DNA from: a virus
Taxonomy: Duplodnaviria > Heunggongvirae > Uroviricota > Caudoviricetes
DNA length: 64,000 nt
Direction: 5' to 3' (one strand)
Virus record (IMG/VR): IMGVR_UViG_3300028413_000003
Coordinates: 104,465 to 168,464 of that record
Numbering within the stretch: position 1 is the stretch's first letter; each line of letters starts with the position of its first letter. Positions 45,960 to 55,983 of the stretch are shown here, in pieces. The position numbers and the translations under genes were made by a program. The notes beneath the pieces are model-generated. The model did not search any database. It saw only the letters and a list, made by a program, of their open reading frames with translations, and was not told where the DNA came from.

Positions 45960-46480
45960 AAAATTGGATTAAAAAGGTCACAGGTATTGCAGATTTGGAG
46001 GCTGCGGCGCAAGCTGCTACAGATACCCGCATTGCCGAAGAGGAGCGGATGGTAGAACTTGTTAAACGGCGCGCTGCCGCTGACGAACTAGCAAGAGCAA
46101 CATCAGAAAAGTTTGCTGCCGATGCAGCCGACGCTGCAGAGCTTGCAAAAGAAGAAGCCAGGGTCGCCGAGATTGCAAAAATGTCCAATAAAGACCGTGC
46201 AACTGCAAACGGCGAAAGCTGGGTTAATGTACTTGACATTCATATAAACCAAGACGACATTCGAAATGGATTCTTTGAGCTAGATTGGAATGACTTTTTT
46301 ATTACAGACTTGGTACTAAACGGGTACGGGACCAACGACGATCCTGCAGAAGAAGTAGTTAATAGATGGTTTAAAGAGATTGTTTCTCAAATGCTCGGTG
46401 ACGAAGGGCTCGACCCAAGGCGCGGCAGCGGCTATATTAATGTAACACCCCTTAGTAAGGGCAAATCGGAGATTTCATGA
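45956..46480 (+). CDS. Hypothetical protein with Ala-rich coiled coil
   Basis: 174 aa; FFELDWND motif. Confidence 0.65.
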   Translation: MKNWIKKVTGIADLEAAAQAATDTRIAEEERMVELVKRRAAADELARATSEKFAADAADAAELAKEEARVAEIAKMSNKDRATANGESWVNVLDIHINQDDIRNGFFELDWNDFFITDLVLNGYGTNDDPAEEVVNRWFKEIVSQMLGDEGLDPRRGSGYINVTPLSKGKSEIS

Positions 46481-47463
46481 CCACATATATTTTAGTAGAT
46501 ACTGCTAATACATTCTTTCGGGCGCGCCATGTGGTCCGAGGAGATATTGATACAAAAGTTGGAATGGCACTACACATCACGCTTAACAGTGTTAAAAAAG
46601 CATGGACAGACTTTAATGCAGATCATGTTGTGTTTTGCCTCGAGGGGCGTAGCTGGCGTAAAGACTTCTACGAGCCGTACAAGCGTAACCGCAAAGAACA
46701 TAGGGATGCAATGACGCAGACCCAGCAAGAAGAAGATGTGGCATTTTGGGAGATATTTGACGAGTTCAAGGACTTTGTTACCGAGAAGACCAACTGTACT
46801 GTTATTCGAAATCCTGTACTAGAAGCAGATGACTTAATTGCAGGGTGGGTACAAGCACACCCCGATGACAATCACGTTATCATTAGCACAGACGGTGACT
46901 TTGCTCAGTTGGTTAGTCCTACTGTTCGTCAGTATAATGGCGTTAGCAATGTTACAATTACACACGAAGGGTACTTTGAAGACAACGGCAAGGCCGTTAT
47001 TGACAAGAAAACCAACGAAGTAAAGCCTGCGCCGGAACCAGCATTTATGCTGTTTGAAAAATGTATGCGAGGCGACGTAAGCGATAACGTGTTTAGTGCA
47101 TACCCAGGAGTTCGAAAGAAAGGCACCGCTAAAAAAGTTGGACTAATTGAAGCGTTTAATGATAAGACCAAGAAAGGATTTAGTTGGAATAATATGATGT
47201 TGCAACGATGGGTTGATCATAATGGCACTGAACACCGAGTGCTAGACGACTATAATCGAAATGTAGTGCTGTGTGACTTAACAGCGCAACCCGAGCACAT
47301 TCGTAAAGAGATCAACGATTCTATTGATGCAGTTAAACCAAAGGAAGTATCGCAAGTTGGACTTCGACTAATGAAGTTTTGCGCCAAGTGGGATATGCAA
47401 AGAATTGCAGACCAAGCAGCATCATATGCAACTGCATTAAATGCCAAATACCCAGGAAAATAA
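46477..47463 (+). CDS. rnh: 5'-3' exonuclease/flap endonuclease (T4 RNase H-like)
   Basis: LVDTAN, RKDFYEPYKRNR, EADDLI, ISTDGDFAQL, GDVSDNV. Confidence 0.88.
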   Translation: MTTYILVDTANTFFRARHVVRGDIDTKVGMALHITLNSVKKAWTDFNADHVVFCLEGRSWRKDFYEPYKRNRKEHRDAMTQTQQEEDVAFWEIFDEFKDFVTEKTNCTVIRNPVLEADDLIAGWVQAHPDDNHVIISTDGDFAQLVSPTVRQYNGVSNVTITHEGYFEDNGKAVIDKKTNEVKPAPEPAFMLFEKCMRGDVSDNVFSAYPGVRKKGTAKKVGLIEAFNDKTKKGFSWNNMMLQRWVDHNGTEHRVLDDYNRNVVLCDLTAQPEHIRKEINDSIDAVKPKEVSQVGLRLMKFCAKWDMQRIADQAASYATALNAKYPGK

Positions 47464-47464
47464 C

Positions 47465-47935
47465 ATGAAAGCAAAAGAAATATTAAAAGGCAAGTTTTGG
47501 ATCCTTGAAGAACACGGTGTTCGTATAGGAACACTGAGCAGAGACGAAGAAAAATTCATTTTTTCTAAAAAAGGCGAAGTGCATTTTTACAAAGACGAAA
47601 AGCAGCTAACCAATTACTTTGGCAAGAATCCGTTGACTGTAAAAATTACTGCTCCTAGGTCAGCAAGAGTTGAGTTGGATGTACACGGATATCCAACAAG
47701 GGCACATGCATACAACGGAATGTTTGATATGTCACGTAAGCTTCCGTTGTTTACTAAAAGTGAAAAGTCAAAAAGTGTGTACTGTGCAGGCTACTATCTG
47801 ATTAAGTTTAATGTGAATTGGCTTAAGAGTTTTTGTCCTAAATTAATTACCATTGAACGGAACGAATACCTCGGACCGTTTAAAACTCAAATTGAAATGA
47901 AAGCAGCGTTAACCAATGTCAATAGATCCAATTAA
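47465..47935 (+). CDS. Hypothetical protein
   Basis: Start ATG 47465; SVYCAGYY, CPKL motifs. Confidence 0.6.
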   Translation: MKAKEILKGKFWILEEHGVRIGTLSRDEEKFIFSKKGEVHFYKDEKQLTNYFGKNPLTVKITAPRSARVELDVHGYPTRAHAYNGMFDMSRKLPLFTKSEKSKSVYCAGYYLIKFNVNWLKSFCPKLITIERNEYLGPFKTQIEMKAALTNVNRSN

Positions 47936-48161
47936 CACATTACCCATCGAACAATTTATACAGAAAGTTAAAGCATCAGAGTCTAGCAACTCCAAAGAGG
48001 TCAGGATCGACGCTACTACTGCAAAGAACCTTGCATTTACATTAGGTTTAGTGATGAGTAGGTTGCACGGGGACCTAGAAAAGTTTGTAAGTGCAAATGC
48101 AGCTAGTAACAACGACGAAGTTATCAAGGTCGACCTCAATGGCGGCGGCGACTGGAAATAG
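47916..48161 (+). CDS. Small hypothetical protein
   Basis: 81 aa ending GGGDWK. Confidence 0.6.
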   Translation: MSIDPINTLPIEQFIQKVKASESSNSKEVRIDATTAKNLAFTLGLVMSRLHGDLEKFVSANAASNNDEVIKVDLNGGGDWK

Positions 48162-48204
48162 TCGGTTATAGATAAATATATACGTATATATCGGAGTACG
48201 TATA

Positions 48205-48486
48205 ATGAGTCGACCAAAGCCAACTGTGTTACTGGAATTTATCAATAGCCAAACCTACAGATGTGAGCAAGTACTAGAAGCCGATGCAATTTGGGCAGTT
48301 TTTTACAAAAAACACCCTTTTAATCTAAAGAGCTCTAATTCTCTAACAAACTACCCAGGACCTAAATATAAAAAGACTAGCTTTTCAAATCCAGGACACG
48401 CACACAATCTAGCCAAGAAACTTAATTCGACATTTAGGACCAGTGATTTTGCTGTTTTTAAACTAGTTGGCGAGGAAGTAAACTAA
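48205..48486 (+). CDS. Hypothetical protein
   Basis: GATAAATA (48171) and SD GGAG; MSRPKP, FSNPGHA. Confidence 0.65.
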   Translation: MSRPKPTVLLEFINSQTYRCEQVLEADAIWAVFYKKHPFNLKSSNSLTNYPGPKYKKTSFSNPGHAHNLAKKLNSTFRTSDFAVFKLVGEEVN

Positions 48487-48488
48487 AA

Positions 48489-48875
48489 ATGAACAAAGAA
48501 GTATATACTAAAATATTTCTACAACAGTTAGGCAAGACAGCAAATGACGACGCCGCAAAGGAATATCTCTCCTTATGGTGGCAAAATACTCGTAAAAAAG
48601 AAGGCAGCGGACTACGACTAACAGATCTAGGGTTAGAGATTGTTAATCAGCTAGAAATAGCAATATACAATATACCGTTTGTTGCCGACATGCCGCTCAC
48701 TGCTCAAGTGATCATCTTCTTAGATAAATTCATCGACTGTCCGTATCACCTAGACAAGCATAGCATCCATGTTACAAACGAACGTAAAGCAGTCGAGTTA
48801 GCACTGTTTAGCGGAGACTTGCGAAAATTCGGCATTGCCAAAGCGTTAACTAGGGCTAAAAAGCTCAATGACTAG
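48489..48875 (+). CDS. Hypothetical protein
   Basis: 128 aa; GLRLT motif. Confidence 0.6.
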   Translation: MNKEVYTKIFLQQLGKTANDDAAKEYLSLWWQNTRKKEGSGLRLTDLGLEIVNQLEIAIYNIPFVADMPLTAQVIIFLDKFIDCPYHLDKHSIHVTNERKAVELALFSGDLRKFGIAKALTRAKKLND

Positions 48876-48913
48876 TATACAATATAAAAATCTCACAATC
48901 TTTAAAAAAGTCG

Positions 48914-48942
48914 TTGACGTAGTGTGACACAGGTGCTATAAA
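48914..48942 (+). promoter_or_regulatory. Sigma70-type promoter
   Basis: TTGACG-17 bp-TATAAA before the MoxR gene. Confidence 0.5.
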
Positions 48943-48977
48943 GTACGTAGGCACTGCAACACATAGAAAGGATTACA

Positions 48978-50060
48978 ATGTCTGAGATTACTAGAACTGT
49001 TAGCCCAAATAAGGGTAAAGCTGCAATCCGTCATGCAATGATGAAACAACGTCCAATTTTCCTTTGGGGTCCTCCGGGCATCGGCAAGTCAGACATTGTA
49101 CATCAAATTGGTGCAGGACTTGACGCCCTTGTTATTGACATTCGTTTGTCATTGTGGGAACCAACTGATATCAAGGGCATTCCTTACTTCGACTCTAATA
49201 TCGGCAAGATGGTATGGGGCGCGCCAGTTGAGCTTCCGGACGAAGCAATTGCTGCAAAGCATAAGCACATTATCTTGTTCTTGGACGAGATGAACTCTGC
49301 GGCGCCAGCTGTACAAGCGGCCGCCTATCAGCTTATTCTTAACCGCAAGGTCGGCACTTATAAGCTGCCAGACAACGTAATGATCATTGCTGCTGGTAAC
49401 CGAGAGGCAGACAAAGGTGTTACTTACCGCATGCCGGCACCGCTTGCTAACCGATTTGTTCACCTTGAAATGGCTGTTGACTTTAACGACTGGTTCCAGT
49501 GGGCAGTCGACAACAAAGAACACAAGGACGTCGTTGGCTTCCTTCAGTTCTCTAAGAAAGACTTGTATGACTTTAGTCCTAAGTCAGCAAGCCGTTCATT
49601 TGCAACGCCACGTAGTTGGTCATTTGTGAGCGAACTTCTAAGCGACGATCTCGACGAAGGAACACTTACTGACCTGATTGCCGGTGCAGTCGGCGAAGGC
49701 CTTGCAGTCAAGTTCATGGCTCACCGAAAAGTTGCATCAAGCATGCCTGATCCAACTGAGATCCTTGCAGGACGCGTGAAAGAGATGAAGGCAAAAGAAA
49801 TCAGTGCCATGTATTCCTTGACTGTGTCTCTCTGCTACGAACTCAAAGAAGCAAACGACAAAGGCGATAAGAAGTTTGATGAGAAAGTTAACAACTTCTT
49901 AAAGTTTACTATGGACAACTTTGACACAGAACTTGTTGTAATGGGTATTAAGCTTGCCTTGTCACAATACGGTCTGCCAATTGACCCAGATGCAGTCGAA
50001 TGCTTTGACGAGTTCCACGATCGTTACGGCAAGTACATCAAGGCAGCGCAAGCTTCCTAA
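48978..50060 (+). CDS. MoxR-type AAA+ ATPase
   Basis: WGPPGIGKS, LFLDEMN, IIAAGNR, PLANRF, ATPRSW. Confidence 0.88.
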   Translation: MSEITRTVSPNKGKAAIRHAMMKQRPIFLWGPPGIGKSDIVHQIGAGLDALVIDIRLSLWEPTDIKGIPYFDSNIGKMVWGAPVELPDEAIAAKHKHIILFLDEMNSAAPAVQAAAYQLILNRKVGTYKLPDNVMIIAAGNREADKGVTYRMPAPLANRFVHLEMAVDFNDWFQWAVDNKEHKDVVGFLQFSKKDLYDFSPKSASRSFATPRSWSFVSELLSDDLDEGTLTDLIAGAVGEGLAVKFMAHRKVASSMPDPTEILAGRVKEMKAKEISAMYSLTVSLCYELKEANDKGDKKFDEKVNNFLKFTMDNFDTELVVMGIKLALSQYGLPIDPDAVECFDEFHDRYGKYIKAAQAS

Positions 50061-50068
50061 GGTGAGTC

Positions 50069-50096
50069 AAGTGGGCAGGATTAATCCTGCCCACTT
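50069..50096 (+). terminator. Perfect 28-bp palindrome, terminator-like
   Basis: AAGTGGGCAGGATTAATCCTGCCCACTT followed by TCTCTT. Confidence 0.65.
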
Positions 50097-50110
50097 TCTC
50101 TTACTAAAGG

Positions 50111-50140
50111 TTGACTCACACGAGAAAAAAATGCTACAAT
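50111..50140 (+). promoter_or_regulatory. Sigma70-type promoter
   Basis: TTGACT-18 bp-TACAAT before SD GAGG and ATG 50170. Confidence 0.55.
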
Positions 50141-50169
50141 GTTATATAGACAACACACATGAGGTTAAA

Positions 50170-51456
50170 ATGTCCGTTAAAGAAACAGCATCCAACGCTA
50201 AAAAGAACTGGGCGCCAAATCCAGATCTTACACCAGAAGAGCTCAGGACAATGGGCGAAGAAGTTTTAGACCGTATTATTATTGCACGTCTCGGTCTTCT
50301 TCTGCGTCATCCGTTTTTTGGTAACATGGCAACGCGCCTGCGGGTAGAAGCAGCCGACGACTGGTGTCCAACTGCGGCAACTGATGGGCGTCATTTGTAC
50401 TACAATACACAATTCTTCCATGCAATGAGCAACAAAGAGATTGAGTTTGTTATTGCACACGAAGTCCTGCATTGTGTGTTTGATCACCTCGGGCGGCGTG
50501 AAGAGCGGCATCCAAAGCTGTATAACATCGCAGCAGACTATATTGTCAACAACTTACTAGTACGTGATCGAATTGGTCACAAGCCGAAGTTGATTGACTG
50601 TTTCCAAGACTTTAAATACGATAAGATGACTTCAGAAGAAGTCTATGATCTGTTGTACAAGGATGCAGAAAAAAATGGCCAGAGTGCAATCGATGCGCTA
50701 GGAGAGATGCTGGACGAACACCTTAACTGGGGTGACGAGGACGGCGATGAAGGCAAAGACGGAAAAGGCAAAGGCAAAGGTCGTCCGCGTTACAACGACG
50801 ACGAAATGCGTGCTATCAAAGACGAGATCAAAGAAGCTATGCTTCAAGCGCATCAGGCTTCGGGCGCTGGTAACACACCGGGTGAAATCACTCGTATGAT
50901 CAAGGAACTAACTGAGCCCAAGATGAACTGGCGCGAGCTGCTTCGTCAACAGATTCAGAGCAGTATCCGCAGCGACTATTCATTTAGTCGCCCAAGTCGT
51001 AAAGGTTGGTCAACTGGTGCAATTCTTCCAGGTATGATGTTTGCAGAAACAATCGACCTCTGTGTGTGTCTTGATATGTCAGGATCAATCGGCGACGAAC
51101 AGGCACGCGACTTCTTAAGTGAAATCAAAGGCATTATGGAAGAATACCAGGATTATAAGATCAAGCTGTGGTGTTTTGATACAAAGGTCTACAACGAACA
51201 GGACTTTAGTGCAGATTGCGGCGAAGACTTAATGGATTATAAAATCATAGGCGGCGGCGGCACAGACTTTATGGTCAACTGGACTTACATGAAGGAACAC
51301 AGTATTGAACCTAAGAAGTTCATTATGTTTACAGACGGATATGCTTGGAATAGCTGGGGTGATGAAAATTACTGCGATACAATCTTTATCATCCATAGCC
51401 ACCATGACAAGACAGTCGAAGGACCGTTTGGTGTAACTGCACACTACGAGGCCTGA
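50170..51456 (+). CDS. Metallopeptidase-like (HExxH) plus vWA domain protein, MoxR partner
   Basis: TAATDG, IAHEVLH, MIDAS-like DMSGS, GGGGTDF, FTDG; start moved to 50170. Confidence 0.85.
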   Translation: MSVKETASNAKKNWAPNPDLTPEELRTMGEEVLDRIIIARLGLLLRHPFFGNMATRLRVEAADDWCPTAATDGRHLYYNTQFFHAMSNKEIEFVIAHEVLHCVFDHLGRREERHPKLYNIAADYIVNNLLVRDRIGHKPKLIDCFQDFKYDKMTSEEVYDLLYKDAEKNGQSAIDALGEMLDEHLNWGDEDGDEGKDGKGKGKGRPRYNDDEMRAIKDEIKEAMLQAHQASGAGNTPGEITRMIKELTEPKMNWRELLRQQIQSSIRSDYSFSRPSRKGWSTGAILPGMMFAETIDLCVCLDMSGSIGDEQARDFLSEIKGIMEEYQDYKIKLWCFDTKVYNEQDFSADCGEDLMDYKIIGGGGTDFMVNWTYMKEHSIEPKKFIMFTDGYAWNSWGDENYCDTIFIIHSHHDKTVEGPFGVTAHYEA

Positions 51457-51457
51457 T

Positions 51458-51736
51458 GTGAAACAGAAAAATGTTAACCCACTTAACGTTCATAAAGTAA
51501 GGAGGGCAGCATTTTGCCCTCCTTACTTTGAATCGGCACTGTTACCATCATTATCTAGAGTTGGAATGCCAAGAGAAATTGATGATTGGGTATATAAAAA
51601 CATGACAGGGCGCTACTTTATTGGAAGAACAGTTAACACAACCGACACTGGGTCAATATCAGTAGTTCCGTATATTGCATTTGAAAACCCAAGCGAATTA
51701 TCTATCTTTATGTTGTCTTGTCCATATCTGAAATAA
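51458..51736 (+). CDS. Hypothetical protein
   Basis: 92 aa; AFENPSELSIFML. Confidence 0.55.
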   Translation: MKQKNVNPLNVHKVRRAAFCPPYFESALLPSLSRVGMPREIDDWVYKNMTGRYFIGRTVNTTDTGSISVVPYIAFENPSELSIFMLSCPYLK

Positions 51737-51780
51737 TTAATAAGACACAGAGATATATATTAAGGACAAAGGAGATATTA

Positions 51781-52047
51781 ATGTCTGAACAAGAAACTAA
51801 CCCAAATGATCTTACAATTCAAGATCTTGCAACAATGAAGGGCATCATCGAAATTGCCAGTGAACGCAGTACATTTAAGCCTGCTGAAATGGCAGCCGTG
51901 GGGGTTGTTTATAACAAGCTTGATGCATTTCTAAAAGCTGTCGAAGCGCAACAAAAAGCAACAAAAGATATAGAAAGTGCAGAAGACACAGCAATTGTTG
52001 ATGCGGTTGCAGGGGCAAATACACACGAAAAAGAAGGATCAGCATAA
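51781..52047 (+). CDS. Hypothetical protein
   Basis: SD AAGGAG, ATG 51781; FKPAEM..VG..Y.KL..FL. Confidence 0.65.
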   Translation: MSEQETNPNDLTIQDLATMKGIIEIASERSTFKPAEMAAVGVVYNKLDAFLKAVEAQQKATKDIESAEDTAIVDAVAGANTHEKEGSA

Positions 52048-52781
52048 TGGCTAGTCTAAAACATATCGGAAGATTAAAGAAGAACAAGCGGCGCGCGATT
52101 GTTGCATATAGAACTGTGCCAGATGCGCCGACATATGCGCTAGTGGTGTTAACAGAGTCGTTGCCAGCAGACGAACATGATGCGCTGATTAAACTAGTTG
52201 AATCAGCTTCGGGACAGCTAGCGCACGAATTGGCAGATGCAATGTATCGAACAGTTATGCCCGATGGCAGAAATATGCTGGCTGCATTACATGCAACTGG
52301 ACAACTACGAAAGGTTGCAACCAACGAAATTGAAATGACTCCGGACACATACAGCTCAATTGGGCTCGATGAGCTCAACGAGATCATTGCAAAACAAAAA
52401 GGTGTTGCAATCGAAGACTTGGCAATTAAGCCAGTTATCAGTGAAGAAGTTAGACGCGTCGCTGAGAAAAAAAGATTACTAGCCGAAGAAGAGTTGGCTG
52501 CAACGGCGGTTACTAGTGATGATCCAATTGTCCACGCAATGAATCTTGCAGTTGCTAATAAGATGCCCACAGATGAAGCTGCAATGGAACCCACCGAAGT
52601 TGCACCGCTAACCAATGCTGAATTAGCTGTACAACTGCGAAGTCACGCAGATGCAATGTTCAAAGAAGCACAATCACTTAGAAAGCAAGCTGATACAATT
52701 GCACCGGCAGACAAACCAGCCGCAGTTAAACGGCGCGCGCCAGTAAAAAAGCCAGCCGCAAAGAATATATCGCGTGCCTAA
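52047..52781 (+). CDS. Hypothetical protein
   Basis: 244 aa; LKHIGR; C-terminal coiled coil and basic tail. Confidence 0.65.
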   Translation: MASLKHIGRLKKNKRRAIVAYRTVPDAPTYALVVLTESLPADEHDALIKLVESASGQLAHELADAMYRTVMPDGRNMLAALHATGQLRKVATNEIEMTPDTYSSIGLDELNEIIAKQKGVAIEDLAIKPVISEEVRRVAEKKRLLAEEELAATAVTSDDPIVHAMNLAVANKMPTDEAAMEPTEVAPLTNAELAVQLRSHADAMFKEAQSLRKQADTIAPADKPAAVKRRAPVKKPAAKNISRA

Positions 52782-53091
52782 AAAATCTAAAAAGGTAACA
52801 GTTAAAGGAGATGATTATTGGGATCCAATTTTTGACTCTATTGACATGGAATATCTTCCTCTGGAATACTTGGATAAAATTGTTCTTACGTTCGAAGACG
52901 GTACAAAGTGGGATATTGATCTTAAAGATAGTCGCCAGAATCAACCTATTGAACAAATTGAGGATAGCCTCGACAAACTATTTGAGGAATACAATCCTTA
53001 TATTGAAGCAATTGACTTTCGACTAGACATGGAACGTGTTAAAAAATATCTAACAAGCAGAGTTTTTAGATTTCTTAAATTAAATAAATAA
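52774..53091 (+). CDS. Hypothetical protein
   Basis: 105 aa, GTG start overlapping the previous stop. Confidence 0.55.
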   Translation: MPKKSKKVTVKGDDYWDPIFDSIDMEYLPLEYLDKIVLTFEDGTKWDIDLKDSRQNQPIEQIEDSLDKLFEEYNPYIEAIDFRLDMERVKKYLTSRVFRFLKLNK

Positions 53092-53148
53092 TATTCCTCC
53101 TAGGTGATAAATATATGTAACTATAATATCACCTAGGAGAAATACAAT

Positions 53149-54102
53149 ATGTCACTGAGATTAAGACGCGGAACTGACGCCGAAAGAGAAGCGATTGTCT
53201 TTGATGCCGGCGAACTTGTCTACACAACAGACTTCAAGGAGCTGTGGGCAGGCGATGGTAGCACACCCGGCGGCATACTTGTTTCCAGTGCGCAAATTCC
53301 AGATAAGTTAATCCAAAATTTAAATCTTAATAGTAATAATATTGCCGGAACAGGCAATATTATTATAAGTGGTATTGTTCAAGCAGATCAGTTTATTGGA
53401 GCATTAGTAGGCGACGTAGTAGGATCAGTTTTTTCTGATGATTCAACGATCATCGTTAACGGTCAAACTGGTGTTGTTACTGCTTCACTGATAGGCGACG
53501 TAGTAGGATCAGTTTTTTCTGATGATTCAACGATCATTGTTAACGGAAACAACGGCTCTATTACAACAAATCAAATATTTGGCGATGCTGCACTCACATG
53601 CAGTAACGGAATCGGAGTTACAATAGTAGACACTGACGATTTCTCAGCATTACGGTTTATAAGAAATCAGTTAGATGATGATATTGCTGATCCAAATGTA
53701 CCAACTGCTTACGGAGTAGTGCGTTGGGAAAGAAATGATCAAGGTGGTCTAGGGACCACCGTTTACATGCAGGGCGGCAGCGACGGCTACAAGATATTTA
53801 ACTTAACTGGTGGTGTGTTTGATACTACAAAACAACTTCACTTCGATATGGGCGGAAGTCTTGGTGTTGGGAAAAGTCCAACTACAAAATTAGATGTCAA
53901 CGGTGCAGGCGCGTTTAGCGAAGGCGTCGCTGCTGATTCAATTACGAGTTCGTCTTATGTCCAGTTTGGAAGTATTACAACCACAGCTCGCAATGCATTA
54001 ACAGCAGTCAACGGCATGGTTGTGTACAATACAACTGATGACAGATTTCAGGGATATCAGGCAGGTGCATGGATTAATCTCGACGACGGAACTGCTGCAT
54101 AA
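53149..54102 (+). CDS. Tail-fibre/virion protein
   Basis: N-terminal LRLRRGT...GELVYTTD..ELWAGDG fibre-anchor motif; GATAAATA at 53106. Confidence 0.65.
   Translation: MSLRLRRGTDAEREAIVFDAGELVYTTDFKELWAGDGSTPGGILVSSAQIPDKLIQNLNLNSNNIAGTGNIIISGIVQADQFIGALVGDVVGSVFSDDSTIIVNGQTGVVTASLIGDVVGSVFSDDSTIIVNGNNGSITTNQIFGDAALTCSNGIGVTIVDTDDFSALRFIRNQLDDDIADPNVPTAYGVVRWERNDQGGLGTTVYMQGGSDGYKIFNLTGGVFDTTKQLHFDMGGSLGVGKSPTTKLDVNGAGAFSEGVAADSITSSSYVQFGSITTTARNALTAVNGMVVYNTTDDRFQGYQAGAWINLDDGTAA
53408..53546 (+). repeat. 55-bp direct repeat, 84-bp period
   Basis: 53408-53462 and 53492-53546, one mismatch; encodes GDVVGSVFSDDSTIIVNG twice. Confidence 0.9.
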
Positions 54103-54105
54103 TTC

Positions 54106-54756
54106 GTGATTGAAATTGATTTACCATATGGTGTTTTAGAAGCGTTTACTAACTTATCCGCTAATGGTGTTAAGACGGTAATGAAAGACTTGTCTATAAT
54201 CGAAGAGCAAGAAACTATTAAAAGTATTGCAGACAAGTTTATAGACACGTCGTGCTTCCATTATGGAAATTTATTTAATCATACACAGCCGTTTGCAATA
54301 CACAGCGATGTTAGTATTAAAAAAGAATCAATATTATTAATTCCTATCTATGCTAGTGTAGAACAGAAGTTTATTGTTTTCGATCAAACTGTAGAGTCAG
54401 ACTCTGAGATATCGTGGATATATAATATTTTTGACGATAAATCCAACGAAGAACTAAAAGAAATGTATTACGATTCTTCAATTAAAAGCAGACCGTGCGA
54501 TACTAATTCAGTTAAGGGATGTACTAGAAACCCTGTATCAAATGGCCTATATAAGTTCTTACCGTATACCAAAGAGTTGTATCACGGACTTACAGGAATT
54601 GCATGGAATTACACACCAGGAAAAGCATTGTTATTTCCTGCAAATAGAATACATGCCACCGGAAGAATGTCTTCTAGTAAAATAGGATGTACTATTCAGT
54701 TTACTGATTCAGTAGACAATCTTTTGATTTCAGCATCAACACGCACCCTATCTTGA
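54106..54756 (+). CDS. Putative Fe(II)/2OG oxygenase-like protein, paralog of 54701-55375
   Basis: IHSD...QKFIVFDQ...RPCDT...YHGLTG...TPGK...IHATG...KIGC. Confidence 0.55.
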   Translation: MIEIDLPYGVLEAFTNLSANGVKTVMKDLSIIEEQETIKSIADKFIDTSCFHYGNLFNHTQPFAIHSDVSIKKESILLIPIYASVEQKFIVFDQTVESDSEISWIYNIFDDKSNEELKEMYYDSSIKSRPCDTNSVKGCTRNPVSNGLYKFLPYTKELYHGLTGIAWNYTPGKALLFPANRIHATGRMSSSKIGCTIQFTDSVDNLLISASTRTLS

Positions 54757-55375
54757 ATTTTGTTTGAATTCCAGTTCCGTGTAATTGACTGCTTTTGAAG
54801 ATCAATCCCTTCCCGGGAGTTTGCACCCATGAACTTCCAGTTAGTCCGTGATAAAAATTATGTACAAACGGCAAATCGTCCTTTATACTTTCGTTGACAG
54901 GCTGGTCAGTTAGATAATTAACTCCAACAGTATCACATGGTCGACGGTCAGTATAACAAATACTTTTGATATGATCGTTATCTTTTTTACTGCTAACTAA
55001 ATCACTTTCAAGAAGAGAAGTGTGACGTTTTTGTTCGACACCGTTAACTTGCCACTCACATCCTGATTGGTCAAACTCTTGATCAAACACAATAAATTTC
55101 TGTTGGGTGTCTAATACGTATATAGGAACATTTAGATTATATATAGCTTCTGAATTATATCTGTCTACGTGTAGAGGAATCGTTTCATCATGTGCATAGA
55201 TGTAGGCGGTGCTAACAGTGTTTAGATTTAATAGTTTTTTAAATGCGGTTTCTAGAAGATCTGAATTTACTTTTGTGTAAAATGGAAACTCTCCTAATGT
55301 TCTATTGCCCAAATTATTTATAACATGGGCGTATAAGACATCAACAGTTTCAAGTGGTATATCTAATTCAATCAT
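54701..55375 (-). CDS. Putative Fe(II)/2OG oxygenase-like protein, paralog of 54106-54756
   Basis: LHVD...QKFIVFDQ...RPCDT...YHGLTG...TPGK...LHGTG...KIGC. Confidence 0.55.
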   Translation of the reverse strand: MIELDIPLETVDVLYAHVINNLGNRTLGEFPFYTKVNSDLLETAFKKLLNLNTVSTAYIYAHDETIPLHVDRYNSEAIYNLNVPIYVLDTQQKFIVFDQEFDQSGCEWQVNGVEQKRHTSLLESDLVSSKKDNDHIKSICYTDRRPCDTVGVNYLTDQPVNESIKDDLPFVHNFYHGLTGSSWVQTPGKGLIFKSSQLHGTGIQTKFKIGCVLMLKSKDCLLNQ

Positions 55376-55983
55376 AGGTTCTCTAAATCGCAGGTGCCGT
55401 CTAAGCTAAACATTAGTGCAATACGAGGACTACTACTCATGTTGATCACAGCATGTGGATATCCAATGTTTAAGAAGTATGCATTGCCGTTTTCAAGATT
55501 ATATGCTTCAAGCTTGTCGTCACGACGAAAGAGATTTACTGCTTGTTTATCACCATAGATAGGTACTATACATCTCACAGCATAACTTACATCGTAGTCG
55601 ACGTGAAATGGTATAGTTTTGCCTGGAGCAAGTTTGGTGATACGTACACGACTAGCAGGCGCCTTACACTGCTGTATAACGCTCTGTATATAGCTGTTAG
55701 TATACTCGGCAGTTGGGATGTTGTAAAGATGCTCTTCTCTGCGTCTTAGTCGCTCTTTGATGCTTGAAGCATGTGGCAAAACCTCACTTGGCATAGTAAG
55801 GTTAATTTGTTCAAAGTTGTCATAAACATCCTTAACCAAGTCTTCGTGATTCATGCACAGTCCAGGGTTGGCTGTTCGCACGTCTACAAACTTGTCAGCC
55901 AGGAAATCACATTCTTTTCTTAATTCAGTTAGGTCAATATTTAAACCAAGGTTTGCTAAACTGGGTAATTGATGTTTATTCAT
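55372..55983 (-). CDS. Asp/Asn beta-hydroxylase-like 2OG-Fe(II) dioxygenase
   Basis: RVRITKLAPGKTIPFHVD...NIGYPHAVIN...PRIALM. Confidence 0.75.
   Translation of the reverse strand: MNKHQLPSLANLGLNIDLTELRKECDFLADKFVDVRTANPGLCMNHEDLVKDVYDNFEQINLTMPSEVLPHASSIKERLRRREEHLYNIPTAEYTNSYIQSVIQQCKAPASRVRITKLAPGKTIPFHVDYDVSYAVRCIVPIYGDKQAVNLFRRDDKLEAYNLENGNAYFLNIGYPHAVINMSSSPRIALMFSLDGTCDLENL

Noticed and set aside
49954-50169. N-terminal extension of the vWA ORF given in the track
   Set aside because: It overlaps the MoxR end, a terminator-like palindrome and a promoter; the SD supports ATG 50170.
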